A stretch of DNA of 64,000 nucleotides, from NCBI GenBank assembly GCA_036823975.1, contig DAITBB010000008.1, positions 1,084 through 65,083 of the forward strand, written 5' to 3'. The position numbers and the translations under genes are program-made. Below are positions 1 to 10,971 of this stretch, piece after piece (the first letter of the stretch is position 1; each line of letters starts with the position of its first letter). A model generated the notes under the pieces. It was given only the letters and a program-made list of their open reading frames with translations. It was not told where the DNA came from and did not search any database. This stretch comes from Hyphomicrobium sp. GTDB taxonomy: Bacteria; Pseudomonadota; Alphaproteobacteria; Rhizobiales; Hyphomicrobiaceae.

Positions 1-168
1 GTGCCCTCGGACCAGGCGGACGCCTATCGGGCCGCCGCCGGGGCGAGCGGCGTGGCCGTCGCGGAGATCGGCGTGCTTGCCGCCGGGGAGGGCCTCGCGC
101 TGACCGGCTGGGACGGAGCCCCGATGGCGCTGCCGGAGACGGCCGGCTGGGATCATTTCCCTGGCTGA
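1..168 (+). CDS. thiL: thiamine-monophosphate kinase, 3' end (partial)
   Basis: Frame 1 reads ...GVAVAEIGVLAAGEGL...AGWDHFPG*; the terminal G(W/Y)DHF motif is typical of ThiL. Confidence 0.75.
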   Translation: MPSDQADAYRAAAGASGVAVAEIGVLAAGEGLALTGWDGAPMALPETAGWDHFPG

Positions 169-266
169 GGTCTGGCTAGCCGAGTCGGCCGGTCGTACGA
201 TGTGACCCGTCGGCCACGGCCTGTGGCCACAATGACCTATCCTCCGGCCACCTTGCCGCGGGGTCT

Positions 267-1745
267 TTGTTTGGCCATATGATTTCCGTTAAACGGCTGC
301 ACCGCGTGCCCGCAAAATCGTGTCGTGCCTTGATGTGCGACGACGTCGGCGGAGAGCCTTTGCCCCCTGACCTTGCAAGGACTGGAATTCCGGTGGCTTC
401 ATTGATCTCGCTCAGCCGATGCGCCAACCGCTCTCGGCTTGCCGTTTCGCTGTCCGCTGCGGCGCTGCTGTGGGCCGGCTCGTCGGCCGCCGCGCAGGAC
501 GGCAACTGGTGGGAGGGAATCACCACCTTCGGCTCGCCGGACTACACCGGCAAGCGCGCCTCCCTCGAGCGCACGCCGCCGCGGCAGGAGGTGCTGAACG
601 ATCTGAGGCCCAACGACGTGCCCTACCGCAGCGATGAGATGCTCATCGCGATGGAGAACGCGATCGATCTCTATCAGCGCATCGTCACCAAGGGCGGCTG
701 GCGGCCCATCCCCGGCGACCGCATGATGCGCGTCGGCGACAGCGACGAGCGGATCGCCTATTTGCGCCGCCGCCTGATGGTGACGGGCGAGCTGCCGCGC
801 TCGGCGAGCATCAACGACTACACGTTCGACACCGGCCTCGAGCAGGCCGTCGTGCGCTATCAGGAGCGCAACGGCCTGCGTGCCACGGGCCGCGTCGACA
901 AGCCGACGCTGGCCGCGCTCAACGTCTCCGCCGAGGATCGCCTCGCGCAGCTCAAGCTCAACCATGGCCGCATTCTCGAGCTGGTGCAGATCCCGCCGGA
1001 AGATCGCTATGTGCTCGTCAACGTGCCCGCCTATCAGCTCGAGGCGGTCGAGCGCTATCGCACGGTGCTGCGCCACCGCGTGATCGTCGGGCGGCAGGGG
1101 CGCGACACGCCCACCCTCAAGGCGACGATCCGCAACCTCAACTTCTTCCCCTACTGGCGCGTGCCGGACAGCGTGGCGAAGCTCGACGTGTTCCCGCGCC
1201 TCGTGAAAGAGCCGGACTACCTGCAGAAAGAGCACATCCGCGTCGTCTCGGGCGACTTCAATGGCCCGGAGATCGATCCGACCTCCATCGACTGGTCGCA
1301 GGCCGATGCGCGCGTCGTCAAGCTGAAGCAGGATCCAGGCCCGCAGAACGCGCTCGGGCTCGTGCGCATCGACATGCAGAACGAGCACGGCGTCTACATG
1401 CACGACACGCCGATGAAGCCGCTGTTCCAGCAGCGCGCACGCGCCTTCAGCGCCGGCTGCGTGCGCGTGCAGGACGTGTTCCAGCTCGTCGAATGGCTGG
1501 CGAGCTTCGAGCCGGGCTGGGGCAACCCCGGGCAGGTGCAGGCCGTAATCGATCAGGGCCAGGCGCTGAACGTGGCGCTGACGCGGCCGGTGCCGGTCTA
1601 TTTCGCCTACATCACCGCCTGGGCCGAGCCGGACGGGCGCATCGAGTTCCGGCCCGACATCTACGGGCGCGACGGCAGCTCCGCGATGGGCGAGGTGTTC
1701 GATCCCGACGCGCCGCCGCCGCCCTCGCAAGGCCTGGCGCCTTAG
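267..1745 (+). CDS. murein L,D-transpeptidase (YcbB/LdtD-like) with peptidoglycan-binding domain; true start probably downstream
   Basis: PG-binding segment (AVVRYQERNGLRATGRVDKPTLAALN), VNVPAY, YMHDTP...RAFSAGCVR catalytic His/Cys motif, RPDIYGRD. Confidence 0.9.
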   Translation: MFGHMISVKRLHRVPAKSCRALMCDDVGGEPLPPDLARTGIPVASLISLSRCANRSRLAVSLSAAALLWAGSSAAAQDGNWWEGITTFGSPDYTGKRASLERTPPRQEVLNDLRPNDVPYRSDEMLIAMENAIDLYQRIVTKGGWRPIPGDRMMRVGDSDERIAYLRRRLMVTGELPRSASINDYTFDTGLEQAVVRYQERNGLRATGRVDKPTLAALNVSAEDRLAQLKLNHGRILELVQIPPEDRYVLVNVPAYQLEAVERYRTVLRHRVIVGRQGRDTPTLKATIRNLNFFPYWRVPDSVAKLDVFPRLVKEPDYLQKEHIRVVSGDFNGPEIDPTSIDWSQADARVVKLKQDPGPQNALGLVRIDMQNEHGVYMHDTPMKPLFQQRARAFSAGCVRVQDVFQLVEWLASFEPGWGNPGQVQAVIDQGQALNVALTRPVPVYFAYITAWAEPDGRIEFRPDIYGRDGSSAMGEVFDPDAPPPPSQGLAP

Positions 1746-1751
1746 TCTCCC

Positions 1752-2444
1752 ATGCCGCTGCGCTTGTCACGGGCTCGGGAGGATGGAATCCTGCGCCCCG
1801 TGATGCTCATCGCGCGACTCGCATCGGCGGCCCGTGAGACCCTCGACGACATGGTGCGGCGATGGAAGCTCGTGCTCGCCCTGGTGCTGGCGGCGGGCTG
1901 GGTGGCGTTTGCGATCGCCCTCTCCGACATGCAGGGACGGATGGACCTGCCGCGCGCGTATTCGGTGCGCATGACCTGCGAGGATGACCCGGAGGCCGCA
2001 CTCTGGCATGGCGGCTGTGAGCGCATCGCCGACGCCATCGCAGAGGCGGGACGGCCCGCGTTCGGCCCGCTCTATGCCGCGTTCGTCACGGCGCACCACG
2101 CGCCCGCTCCGGGAGAAGGGAGCCGTGCCCGCTTTGCGTCCGCCGCCGCAGAGGCGGGCTTCGACCTCGATGCGATGCTGGCCGGGCAGAGATACGGTCT
2201 TGCGGCGGTCCGCCCGGAGTTCGACGGCGTTCGGCGGCGTGACCATGCCGAGGCGATCATGGCCGCCATCGACGCGCGCGACCGGGCGCTGCTCGTGATC
2301 GGGCGCGCCGGGCTCGGGTTCGATGCACTCGTGGCCGGGGCGCTCGCCAATCTCGTGCATCCGGTGAGCATGCTCGACGGCGCCGTCCACTTCGTGCAGA
2401 TCCAGCTCGGCATTGCGAAGGACAGCGATCTTTCGGCGCGCTGA
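1752..2444 (+). CDS. hypothetical membrane-anchored protein
   Basis: ORF directly follows the transpeptidase; hydrophobic segment LVLALVLAAGWVAFAIAL; no recognised family. Confidence 0.55.
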   Translation: MPLRLSRAREDGILRPVMLIARLASAARETLDDMVRRWKLVLALVLAAGWVAFAIALSDMQGRMDLPRAYSVRMTCEDDPEAALWHGGCERIADAIAEAGRPAFGPLYAAFVTAHHAPAPGEGSRARFASAAAEAGFDLDAMLAGQRYGLAAVRPEFDGVRRRDHAEAIMAAIDARDRALLVIGRAGLGFDALVAGALANLVHPVSMLDGAVHFVQIQLGIAKDSDLSAR

Positions 2445-2451
2445 GGACCCG

Positions 2452-3209
2452 CTACGCCTTGAGCCGGTAGCCCGTCTTGAAGATCCACCAGATGACGGCG
2501 AGGCACACCACGAGGAAGCCCAGCGTCATCGCGAGGCTGACGGCGATGTTGACGTCGGAGATCTCGTAGAAGCTCCAGCGGAAGCCGTTGATCAGGTAGA
2601 CGATCGGGTTGGCCAGCGTCACCGTCTGCCAGAACGGCGGCAACATCTTGATCGAGTAGAACGTGCCGCCGAGGAACGTCAGCGGCATCAGCACCAGCAT
2701 CGGGATGATCTGGAGCTTCTCGAAGCCGTCGGCCCACACGCCGATGATGAAGCCGAACAGGCTGAAGGTGACGGCCGTGAGGACGAGGAACGCGAGCATC
2801 CAGACGGGATGCGCGATCTTGAGCGGCACGAAGAGGCCCGCCGTGGCGAGGATGACGAGGCCGAGCACCACCGATTTCGTTGCCGCCGCGCCAACGTAGC
2901 CGAGCACGATCTCGAACGACGAGATCGGCGCGGAGAGCAGCTCGTAGATCGTGCCGGTGAAGCGCGGGAAATAGATGCCGAAGGCGGCGTTCGAGGTGCT
3001 TTCGGTCAGCAGCAGCATCATGACGAGGCCGGGCACGATGAAGGCGCCGTAGGCCACGCCGTCGATCTCGGCGATGCGCGAGCCGATGGCGGTGCCGAAC
3101 ACCACGAAATAGAGCGAGGTCGAGAGCACGGGCGAGACGATGCTCTGCAGCAGCGTGCGGCCCCAGCGGGCCATCTCGAATCCATAGATGGCGCGGATGG
3201 CTTCGAGAT

Positions 3210-3213
<4 letters not shown>
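2452..3213 (-). CDS. ABC-2 type transporter permease (YadH-like)
   Basis: [17 protein letters not shown]...[14 protein letters not shown]...FIVPGL...FLGGTFY...[16 protein letters not shown] overlap with the ATPase gene. Confidence 0.9.
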
Positions 3214-4136
<923 letters not shown>

Positions 4137-4234
4137 GGGACTCCGTCGGATGAGGCGTGGCGGCATGCCGGCTGCCCTCACATAGGGGCATCGCCCCGGG
4201 GCCGCAAGCGCGGCGGCGCGCGGGGGCGGAGCCA

Positions 4235-5434
4235 TCAGCGGAGCGACGCATCACCCAGAGGCACGCGGCGGATCCAGCAGCCGGTGAGGCCGGCGGCGCG
4301 CAGCTTCGCGCACAGCGCCTTGGCATCGGCCTGCGACTGCGGCGGCACGAGGGAGAGACGGTGCCACGTCTTCTGATCCTGCCCCTGGATACGCTCGACG
4401 CGAGCCTTTCGACCCTCGAGAAGCGCCGCATAGGTCTCGCTGAAGCCTTCGAAGTCCTTGCGCAGCTCCTCTGTCGTCAGACGGGTCGTGAGCACGACGA
4501 GATAGGGTTGCTCGACGCTTGAGGGGTCGGCGGCGGCCGCGGCGAACTGCGCCGTGGGATCGGGAGCGGCCGGTGACGACGCGGAGGGCGTCGGCTCGCC
4601 CGCGCCGAGGCGTCCGTCGAGCTTCGGGCCGGAGGCTTCATCGCGCCGCGCCTGCACGCTGGCGGGCCCCGGCATCAGGAAGGACGCAACCAGGAGCGTA
4701 CCGGCCATCACGGTCAGCGTGGCCGCCGCGGCGGCATAGATGGGCTCCGTCAGGCGCCGGCCGAGGGCCGCGAAGTTCAACCGGCGCGAGAGGAGAGCCG
4801 TGGAGGGTTTCCCACCTCGGCGCTGCTGCTGCTGCTGTTGCTGCGCCGGTGTTTGAGGCTGCGCCGGACGCTGCTGTTGTGGAGCGGTCGACGCGCCATA
4901 TTGCGAGGGATGCGGCGCAGGAGGCCGCACCGGGGCTGCTCGCCCCGAGGGTTGGCCTTGACCAGGGGCTGGGCGGGCATAAGGCGGCGCGGACGGCGCA
5001 TAGCCCGGATGGCGGGGCGCTGGCGCGTGAGCGGGGGGACCCGCCGCTCCCCAGTGCTGTTGCGCCGGATAGCGCGGCGCCGGTGCAGTGGTCTCCACGG
5101 GCCATGGAGCGGGCGTGGGGGCAGCATAGCCCTGGATACGCGTCTCGAGCTGCTCGAGCAGGCCGAGAGCATGCTGCTGGCTGGCGAGAATGTGCGTCAG
5201 CACCGGCATATCGAGCGGAGCACCGAACGGCTGCGTGGCCATGACGGTCTCGACGTCGCGCTGCACGTCGGAGATCCTGCGCGCAGTGGCATCGATCTCG
5301 CCCGCGAGCTGAGGCGGGGCGTGACGGCCGGTTTCGAGCGCGTTCAGGAGACGGCGCGCGATGTTGAGCGCGATCTCGTGGATCTGCTGACGCTCGACAC
5401 TGCCATCGCGGTCGTAGTGCGACATTCGCTTCAC
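4235..5434 (-). CDS. SPOR-domain membrane protein with Pro/Gln-rich linker
   Basis: One TM segment; C-terminal ...[32 protein letters not shown] resembles alphaproteobacterial SPOR domains. Confidence 0.7.
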   Translation of the reverse strand: MKRMSHYDRDGSVERQQIHEIALNIARRLLNALETGRHAPPQLAGEIDATARRISDVQRDVETVMATQPFGAPLDMPVLTHILASQQHALGLLEQLETRIQGYAAPTPAPWPVETTAPAPRYPAQQHWGAAGPPAHAPAPRHPGYAPSAPPYARPAPGQGQPSGRAAPVRPPAPHPSQYGASTAPQQQRPAQPQTPAQQQQQQQRRGGKPSTALLSRRLNFAALGRRLTEPIYAAAAATLTVMAGTLLVASFLMPGPASVQARRDEASGPKLDGRLGAGEPTPSASSPAAPDPTAQFAAAAADPSSVEQPYLVVLTTRLTTEELRKDFEGFSETYAALLEGRKARVERIQGQDQKTWHRLSLVPPQSQADAKALCAKLRAAGLTGCWIRRVPLGDASLR

Positions 5435-5459
5435 GCCTTGTGACGTTCCGATGCGCAGC

Positions 5460-5900
5460 TCAACCGGCGCGGCATTCGGGGAACATGCCGCGCAGGATGT
5501 CGGCCGTGCAGCCCGGCGTGCCTTCGATGCATTGATAATTAATCACGGGTGGGGCCTGCTCGCTGGCGATCGAGAGCTGGCTTCGGATCTTTTTCGTGAA
5601 GCAGCGGGCCGCGGCCGCGGCGTCACCCGTCGCCAGCTCGATGGACGTTAGCACGCTCTGATCCGCGCAGGCAGTATTCGAGATCAAATACGTCGTCGCA
5701 GACGATTGCGTGATCGTGAGGCATTCGGGGTCGGCCGTATTGGAGGGGGCCGCATCGGCCTGAGACGGGCCTGCGCCGCCGGCGGAGGAGGGATCCGCGC
5801 CGGCCCTCGCCGCAGAAAGGGGCGCGCTCGTCGCCCAAAGCGCTCCAAGCACAGCGATCGCGACGAGGCGTGTGGGGATTGCAAAGCTCACGGGCTGCAC
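5460..5900 (-). CDS. hypothetical secreted Cys-rich protein
   Basis: Signal-like N-terminus; six Cys in the C-terminal ~90 aa. Confidence 0.55.
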   Translation of the reverse strand: MQPVSFAIPTRLVAIAVLGALWATSAPLSAARAGADPSSAGGAGPSQADAAPSNTADPECLTITQSSATTYLISNTACADQSVLTSIELATGDAAAAARCFTKKIRSQLSIASEQAPPVINYQCIEGTPGCTADILRGMFPECRAG

Positions 5901-6128
5901 GCTCTGACTGTTCTTTCCGAGGCCGCTCTGACCGGCAGGATACGTCTTGCCGGCCGCGCTCGGATCTCGAGGCGGCGCGCTCCCGCATCGGCCGGCGCAC
6001 CCTCTCGAGTCTCCGGCTTCGGCGGCGGCTTCGCCAGCCCCAGCCGTTCACAGAGACCAACATTCCGACCGGATCAGGGCAGGCGGGAGCTTTTCCCGAG
6101 AGGCGCGTCGGCGGCGCTCCGCGCCTCC

Positions 6129-7592
6129 TCAGCGTGTCTCCTCGTCGGCGCGGCGATAGATGTCGTCGCCGCGGATGATGTCGTCCTCGCCGAGATAGCT
6201 TCCGATCTGCACCTCGATGAGCTGCAGCGGCACCTTGCCCGGATTTTCGAGGCGGTGCCATTGCCCGGCGACGATATAGACGCTTTCGTTCTCGCGGACG
6301 AGCGTCTCGCGCCCCTCGACCGTGACGCGGGCCGTCCCCTGCACGACGACCCAGTGCTCCGAGCGGTGATGGTGCATCTGAAGCGAGAGCACGCCGCCGG
6401 GGGTGACGTTCAGCAGCTTCACCTGAAAGCGCGGGCCGACGTTGAGGACCTCGAAGTAGCCCCACGGCCGGAAGCTGCGGACGTGCTGCTCGTGCTCCTT
6501 GCGGCTCGTGCTCTTCAGCCGCTCCACCATGCGCCCGACATCCTGCGAGCGCGACTTGTCGGCGATGAGCACCGTGTCCGGCGTTTCGACGATGACGAGA
6601 TCCTTGACGCCGATGGTGGAGATCAGCGCTTTCTCGCTGCGGATGTAGCAGTTGGTCGTGTCCTCGATCAGGGCGTCGCCCTGCACGAAATTGCCGTCCG
6701 CGTCGCGCGGGGCAGCATCCCACAGCGCGCTCCACGAGCCGAGGTCGCTCCAGCGGATCGAAAGCGGCAGCACCACGGCGCCGCGCACCTGCTCCATCAC
6801 CGCGTAATCGATCGAGATGCTGGGGGCGGCGGCGAATGCCTGCGTCTCGAGCCGAAGGAAGCCGAGATCCTCCGTCGCGCCATCGATGGAGGCGCGGGCG
6901 GCGGCAACGAGGGGCGCGTCGCGCCGCTCGAGCTCGTCGAGGATCGTGCTCGCCTTGAACACGAAGATGCCGCTGTTCCAGAGGTAGCTGCCGTCGGCGA
7001 GATAGCGGGCGGCGGTCTCGGCGGTGGGCTTCTCGAAGAAGCCGTCGACGTCGTAGGCGCTGATGCCGTCGTCCGGACGCGCGGCGCCCTTGCGGATGTA
7101 GCCGTAGCCGGTATTGGGCTCGGTCGGCGTCATGCCGAACAGCACGATGCGCCCCTCGTTGGCGATCTCCGCCGCATGCCGGACGGCGGGCTCGAAGCTC
7201 GACGCATCGAGGACATGGTCCGACGGCATGACGACGAGGACCGCGTTCGGATCCCGGCGCTGGGCGATGAGCGCGGCCACGGCGATGGCGGGGGCGGTAT
7301 TGCGGCCGACGGGCTCGAGCACGATGGCGCCCGGCTTCACGCCGGCCGCCTCCGCGTTTTCACGCACGAGGAAGCGGTGCGCGTTGTTGCAGACCACGAT
7401 CGGCGCCGCGAAGCCCACATCCGGCGAGAGGCGCGTGAGGGTCGCCGTGAGCAGGCTTTTCGATTCGCCGTTGAGCCCCGTCACGAACTGCTTGGGATAG
7501 AGCGCGCGGGAGATCGGCCACAGGCGCGTGCCGGATCCGCCCGAAAGGATGACGGGGACAATATGGGCGGCGGGAATGGAGATCTTGAGCAT
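6129..7592 (-). CDS. manC: mannose-1-phosphate guanylyltransferase/mannose-6-phosphate isomerase
   Basis: VILSGGSGTRLWPISRALYPKQF, EPVGRNTAPA, WSDLGSW, RPWG, SLQMHHHRSEHW, GSYLGEDDI. Confidence 0.95.
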   Translation of the reverse strand: MLKISIPAAHIVPVILSGGSGTRLWPISRALYPKQFVTGLNGESKSLLTATLTRLSPDVGFAAPIVVCNNAHRFLVRENAEAAGVKPGAIVLEPVGRNTAPAIAVAALIAQRRDPNAVLVVMPSDHVLDASSFEPAVRHAAEIANEGRIVLFGMTPTEPNTGYGYIRKGAARPDDGISAYDVDGFFEKPTAETAARYLADGSYLWNSGIFVFKASTILDELERRDAPLVAAARASIDGATEDLGFLRLETQAFAAAPSISIDYAVMEQVRGAVVLPLSIRWSDLGSWSALWDAAPRDADGNFVQGDALIEDTTNCYIRSEKALISTIGVKDLVIVETPDTVLIADKSRSQDVGRMVERLKSTSRKEHEQHVRSFRPWGYFEVLNVGPRFQVKLLNVTPGGVLSLQMHHHRSEHWVVVQGTARVTVEGRETLVRENESVYIVAGQWHRLENPGKVPLQLIEVQIGSYLGEDDIIRGDDIYRRADEETR

Positions 7593-8006
7593 ATCGACGT
7601 CTTACGCAAAACGACGTTGCAGAACAATGAAAGGGGCCGCCGAGACTTAAGTGAAGGTTTCCATGCTCCGAACCCGCCCGCCTCCTGTCTCCATGCGGAG
7701 GGGAAGGCGCACGCCGGTCACGCAGGACATGGACAATATGAGCGCTGCGCAGGCGGTCGAGGGCGAGAGGGTCGCTGTCGCCCGGTCGCGCCGACCCTCG
7801 ATCCTCACATGCGCAGCCACCACCACACCCACGTTGGATTGGTTGTGCCACCGGCACGAGACGCGATCAAGTGGAAGGTGGTGCAGCAACTTAATAAGGT
7901 AAAGACCCAATTCCTTGAAAGGATTGGATCTGTTTGGGGGATTTCGGGGCGTGCAAAGCGCACGGAAATCCGACGGCTGAACAATAGGCGTCGCGGCAGA
8001 TTTTGA

Positions 8007-8032
8007 AGGGAAATGGCTCAGCGGGTCGGAAT
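8007..8032. repeat. degenerate direct repeat of the tRNA-Asn 3' end (candidate att site, island left boundary)
   Basis: AGGGAAATGGCTCAGCGGGTCGGAAT vs AGGGAAATGGCTCCGCGGGTAGGATT at 35975-36000: 23/26 identical. Confidence 0.75.
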
Positions 8033-8083
8033 GGGATCGCTTTAGAAAAGCCTTTTATATGAACACACGCGCGTTCCCACGTG

Positions 8084-8115
8084 TGTTGCGCTCGATATTG
8101 CGCATTTTGTTGCGC
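8084..8115 (+). repeat. three T(G/A)TTGCGC direct repeats at 12-bp period (candidate integrase arm-type sites)
   Basis: TGTTGCGC 8084, TATTGCGC 8096, TGTTGCGC 8108, about 50-85 bp inside the att-like repeat. Confidence 0.55.
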
Positions 8116-8225
8116 CTTGAGCGGCAACAGGCAAGTCGCTCTTGGTCTATTTTGCTTCGAGCGGTAGCGCGACGCGTCCCAAAAGACCGAGACGGACAGG
8201 CGGCGCGCTACCGCTTCAATTTCGC

Positions 8226-8582
8226 TCACGGAATCCGAATGGTGAATATCTTGCGGATACGCTCCTCGGTTCTCCAGAGTCCGATGAAGCCCTTCGGGAT
8301 CTGGAAGCCATCGCCGGCGGAATAAGTCGTCGTCGCTCCGCCCTCCTCGGAAAGCGTCACCTTGCCTTCGAACAGATGGATGAACTCGTCTGCCGCATAC
8401 GTGACATGATAGGTGCCAGGTGTTGCTTCCCAGAAGCCCGTGAGGAACTTGCCGTCGTCGGTTTTATGCTCGATCCACGTCTTCATGGTCGGCGATCCTT
8501 CGACGGGTTTCCATCCATCCAGATCTGTTTCAATCGGCGTCGCTTTCGGAGAGAAGTTTTTTCCGTAAGACAGGACCGTCAT
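8226..8582 (-). CDS. cupin domain protein (DUF861/EutQ-like)
   Basis: GFWEATPG...EFIHLFEGKVTL...AGDGFQIPKGFIGLW; RBS AAGGAG. Confidence 0.85.
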   Translation of the reverse strand: MTVLSYGKNFSPKATPIETDLDGWKPVEGSPTMKTWIEHKTDDGKFLTGFWEATPGTYHVTYAADEFIHLFEGKVTLSEEGGATTTYSAGDGFQIPKGFIGLWRTEERIRKIFTIRIP

Positions 8583-8644
8583 GGAGATCTCCTTTTTTAT
8601 GCGGGTTGGCGGCCGGCTTTTTGCCGTAGCGACCACCAAGGGAT

Positions 8645-8675
8645 AAAAAGGACCGGAAACGCGAAGTTTCCGGCC
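8645..8675 (-). terminator. intrinsic terminator after dmmD1
   Basis: Minus strand GGCCGGAAAC-TTCGC-GTTTCCGGTC followed by CTTTTT. Confidence 0.65.
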
Positions 8676-8700
8676 AGTCCAGGAGGTGCGCGACCCTGGT

Positions 8701-9822
8701 TCAGCCGCGCACGGGGGGATGTGTTCTGAGCCTCAGCGGATCATAGAAGGGCATGCGAACCACGGTCGCCTTCAGAGCTTTTCCGCCGTCATTGATGTCT
8801 AGCGCCGTACCGAGCGCCGTGTGGGACGGCGCGATCTGAGCCATGGCGAGCGATTTTCCAAGGTGCTGGCTGAATACGGTACTCGTTACGACGCCGACAT
8901 CCTGACCCGCTGCCAGCACCTTCGCGCCGGGTGTAACGGCTTCGGCCGCATCCACCTCAAGCCCCGTGATGAACGAGCGCTCCTTGCCCTTGCTGGCCGC
9001 AAGAGCAGCCTTGCCGCGGAAATCCGGCTTGGCGAGATCGACCGTCCAGTCCGCCCGGACTTCCCACGGGGTGGTGTTCGGATGAGGCATGTCGAAGGGG
9101 AAGAACAGCAGCCCGGACTCGACGCGCACGATGTCGAGGCATGTCCAGGACACGGGGATCACGCCCTTCGCCTTGCCCGCCTCGAGGATGGAATCCCAGA
9201 GGAACGGCGCATCCTTGCGGGAGCAGAACACCTCGTATCCGCGCTCGCCCGAATAGCCGCCGCGGGCGAGCGAGACGTCACGGCCGAAGAGGGTCGTCTT
9301 GACATGCTTGAAGTAGCCGAGGCTGGCGAGATCTGCAGGGGTGTGCGGCGCAAGCACCTCCAGAGCGGCAGGTCCCTGGAGCGAGAGAATATGCACGTCG
9401 TTGTCGGGCTCGACCGTGACGTTGTACTTCGGCGCATACGCCTTGAGGGTTTTGCCGAAGTCGCCGCCGCCATGCGAGACGCGGAACGTGTTGGGGCCGT
9501 CGATGTAGACGAGCACGTCGTCAATCAGACCGCCCTCGTCGTTGACGGTGTTGGAGATGTGGGAATCGCCCGGCTCGGCCTTCGCGATGTCGGTGGAGAG
9601 CAGATAGTTCAGGAAGGCCGTCGCGTCGGGGCCTGAGACGTTGACGATGTTGAGGCCCGTGACCTCGATGAGCCCGGCGCGATAGCGGGTTGCCGCCACC
9701 TCGTCATAAGGATCGCTCGCATAGTTCTGAGGGATGGGCAGCTCATTCCACGACTGGGCGAGGTCCGATCCGAGTGCCCTATGCCGGCTTTCGAGGGCGG
9801 TGACGCGGGTAGTGGTCGACAT
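8701..9822 (-). CDS. dmmD: aminomethyltransferase (GcvT-like), dimethylamine monooxygenase DmmD-like, copy 1
   Basis: GGLIDD, LSLQGP, ARGGYSGERGYE, RVESGL, MPFYDP motifs; follows dmmABC. Confidence 0.85.
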   Translation of the reverse strand: MSTTTRVTALESRHRALGSDLAQSWNELPIPQNYASDPYDEVAATRYRAGLIEVTGLNIVNVSGPDATAFLNYLLSTDIAKAEPGDSHISNTVNDEGGLIDDVLVYIDGPNTFRVSHGGGDFGKTLKAYAPKYNVTVEPDNDVHILSLQGPAALEVLAPHTPADLASLGYFKHVKTTLFGRDVSLARGGYSGERGYEVFCSRKDAPFLWDSILEAGKAKGVIPVSWTCLDIVRVESGLLFFPFDMPHPNTTPWEVRADWTVDLAKPDFRGKAALAASKGKERSFITGLEVDAAEAVTPGAKVLAAGQDVGVVTSTVFSQHLGKSLAMAQIAPSHTALGTALDINDGGKALKATVVRMPFYDPLRLRTHPPVRG

Positions 9823-9897
9823 GACGTATCCTCTGGATGTTTATTTTCAGTGCTTATGCGCTGCCGCGGACGGCGCGACGCGGTGCGGTGCTCTGTT

Positions 9898-10938
9898 TCA
9901 GTCCGGGCTGCCTCCCGGGGATGTCGGAAGTCCATCGTCATACTGGGCCAGCCAGGCGAGGGTCGTGTCGCGGTAGCGGGTGATGCCTTTGTAGTCGACG
10001 AGCTCCTGGGGCACCGTCTTCAACACGCGGTGCATGCGGCGGCCCCATTTCGGCACCGTCACCAGCTCCCGCATCTTCAGGAGATAGCCGCGGATGGAGA
10101 ACAGGATGGCGTTCGACCTCGGCAAGCGCCACATCGCCTGAAGCTCGACACGCAGGTGGACTTTGTCGCCGACGTTCTCTGGCGTCACCGTGGTGCGATC
10201 CTTGCCCCATTTGTTGTAGTTCTCGGGGCTCGTATCGAGCCGCGGGTTGATGGTCATGGTCCAGTTGAGGCGGCGCACGGGATGGCCCTGCTGGAGATTG
10301 AGAAGGAACTTGAGGGCGCGGTCGAACACGCCCATGTCGTGAGCCAGCGGCACGGGGCCATGCCATTCCATGAAGTTCATGCCGACGTCGAAGTCGAGCG
10401 ACCAGTCTGCCTGCGAGGTGATGATGCCGCCGTCCATCCAGAGCTGGCCGTCGCGCTGGTCCTGAAGGGAGAAGTCGCCCTGGCACTGGCGGCCGATATA
10501 CTCCATCGGCTCGCAGGGCAGCGTCGAGGCATCGCCGAAGACGAACTTCTGATCGATATTGAGGGGGCGGTTGATCCAATGCCAATGATCGCCCTCGGTC
10601 TTGAGCGAGAACCATTGCGGATAGTCGCGCGCCATGCTCGTCATCAGCAGCTCGAGCATGTCCCATTGTGCCAGCATCATATGGGGCAGTGCCTGGCACC
10701 GCAGCGGATCCTCGCGCAGCACGAGGGCGCGGTCCGCCACCTCCGATACGTAGTGCTCGTCGATGTCGATGGGGAACTCGAAAGGCGTGCCCGGCTCACC
10801 CTTGGTGTGCGGCTCGATGTTGACCGAGTACATGTACTTGTCCTCCCAGAACGGGAAGGGAAAGCGCCTGATCGCACTCGGGCTGTTGAAGTACGTGAAG
10901 TCGTTCCTGAAGGTCTCTTGCTTGAATTCGTGGTTCAT
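9898..10938 (-). CDS. dmmC: heme-dependent oxidative N-demethylase alpha subunit (DUF3445), dimethylamine monooxygenase DmmC
   Basis: RRFPFPF, QGDF, ADWSLDFDVGMNFMEWHGPVP, RRLNWTMTINPRLD, HLRVELQ...RLPRSNAILFSIR. Confidence 0.9.
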   Translation of the reverse strand: MNHEFKQETFRNDFTYFNSPSAIRRFPFPFWEDKYMYSVNIEPHTKGEPGTPFEFPIDIDEHYVSEVADRALVLREDPLRCQALPHMMLAQWDMLELLMTSMARDYPQWFSLKTEGDHWHWINRPLNIDQKFVFGDASTLPCEPMEYIGRQCQGDFSLQDQRDGQLWMDGGIITSQADWSLDFDVGMNFMEWHGPVPLAHDMGVFDRALKFLLNLQQGHPVRRLNWTMTINPRLDTSPENYNKWGKDRTTVTPENVGDKVHLRVELQAMWRLPRSNAILFSIRGYLLKMRELVTVPKWGRRMHRVLKTVPQELVDYKGITRYRDTTLAWLAQYDDGLPTSPGGSPD

Positions 10939-10971
10939 GGCTGCTCCTTTGTCGTATCGCGCAGGCGGAGG

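Noticed and set aside
4822..4842. CAG/CAA tract as a phase-variation site
   Set aside because: Trinucleotide poly-Gln in a disordered linker; length change would not shift the frame
5706..8006. 766-aa plus-strand ORF, and similar long shadow ORFs (e.g. 57076-59301, 61323-63413, 38300-40399, 47341-49389)
   Set aside because: Antisense to well-supported genes; expected in high-GC DNA; no recognisable motifs
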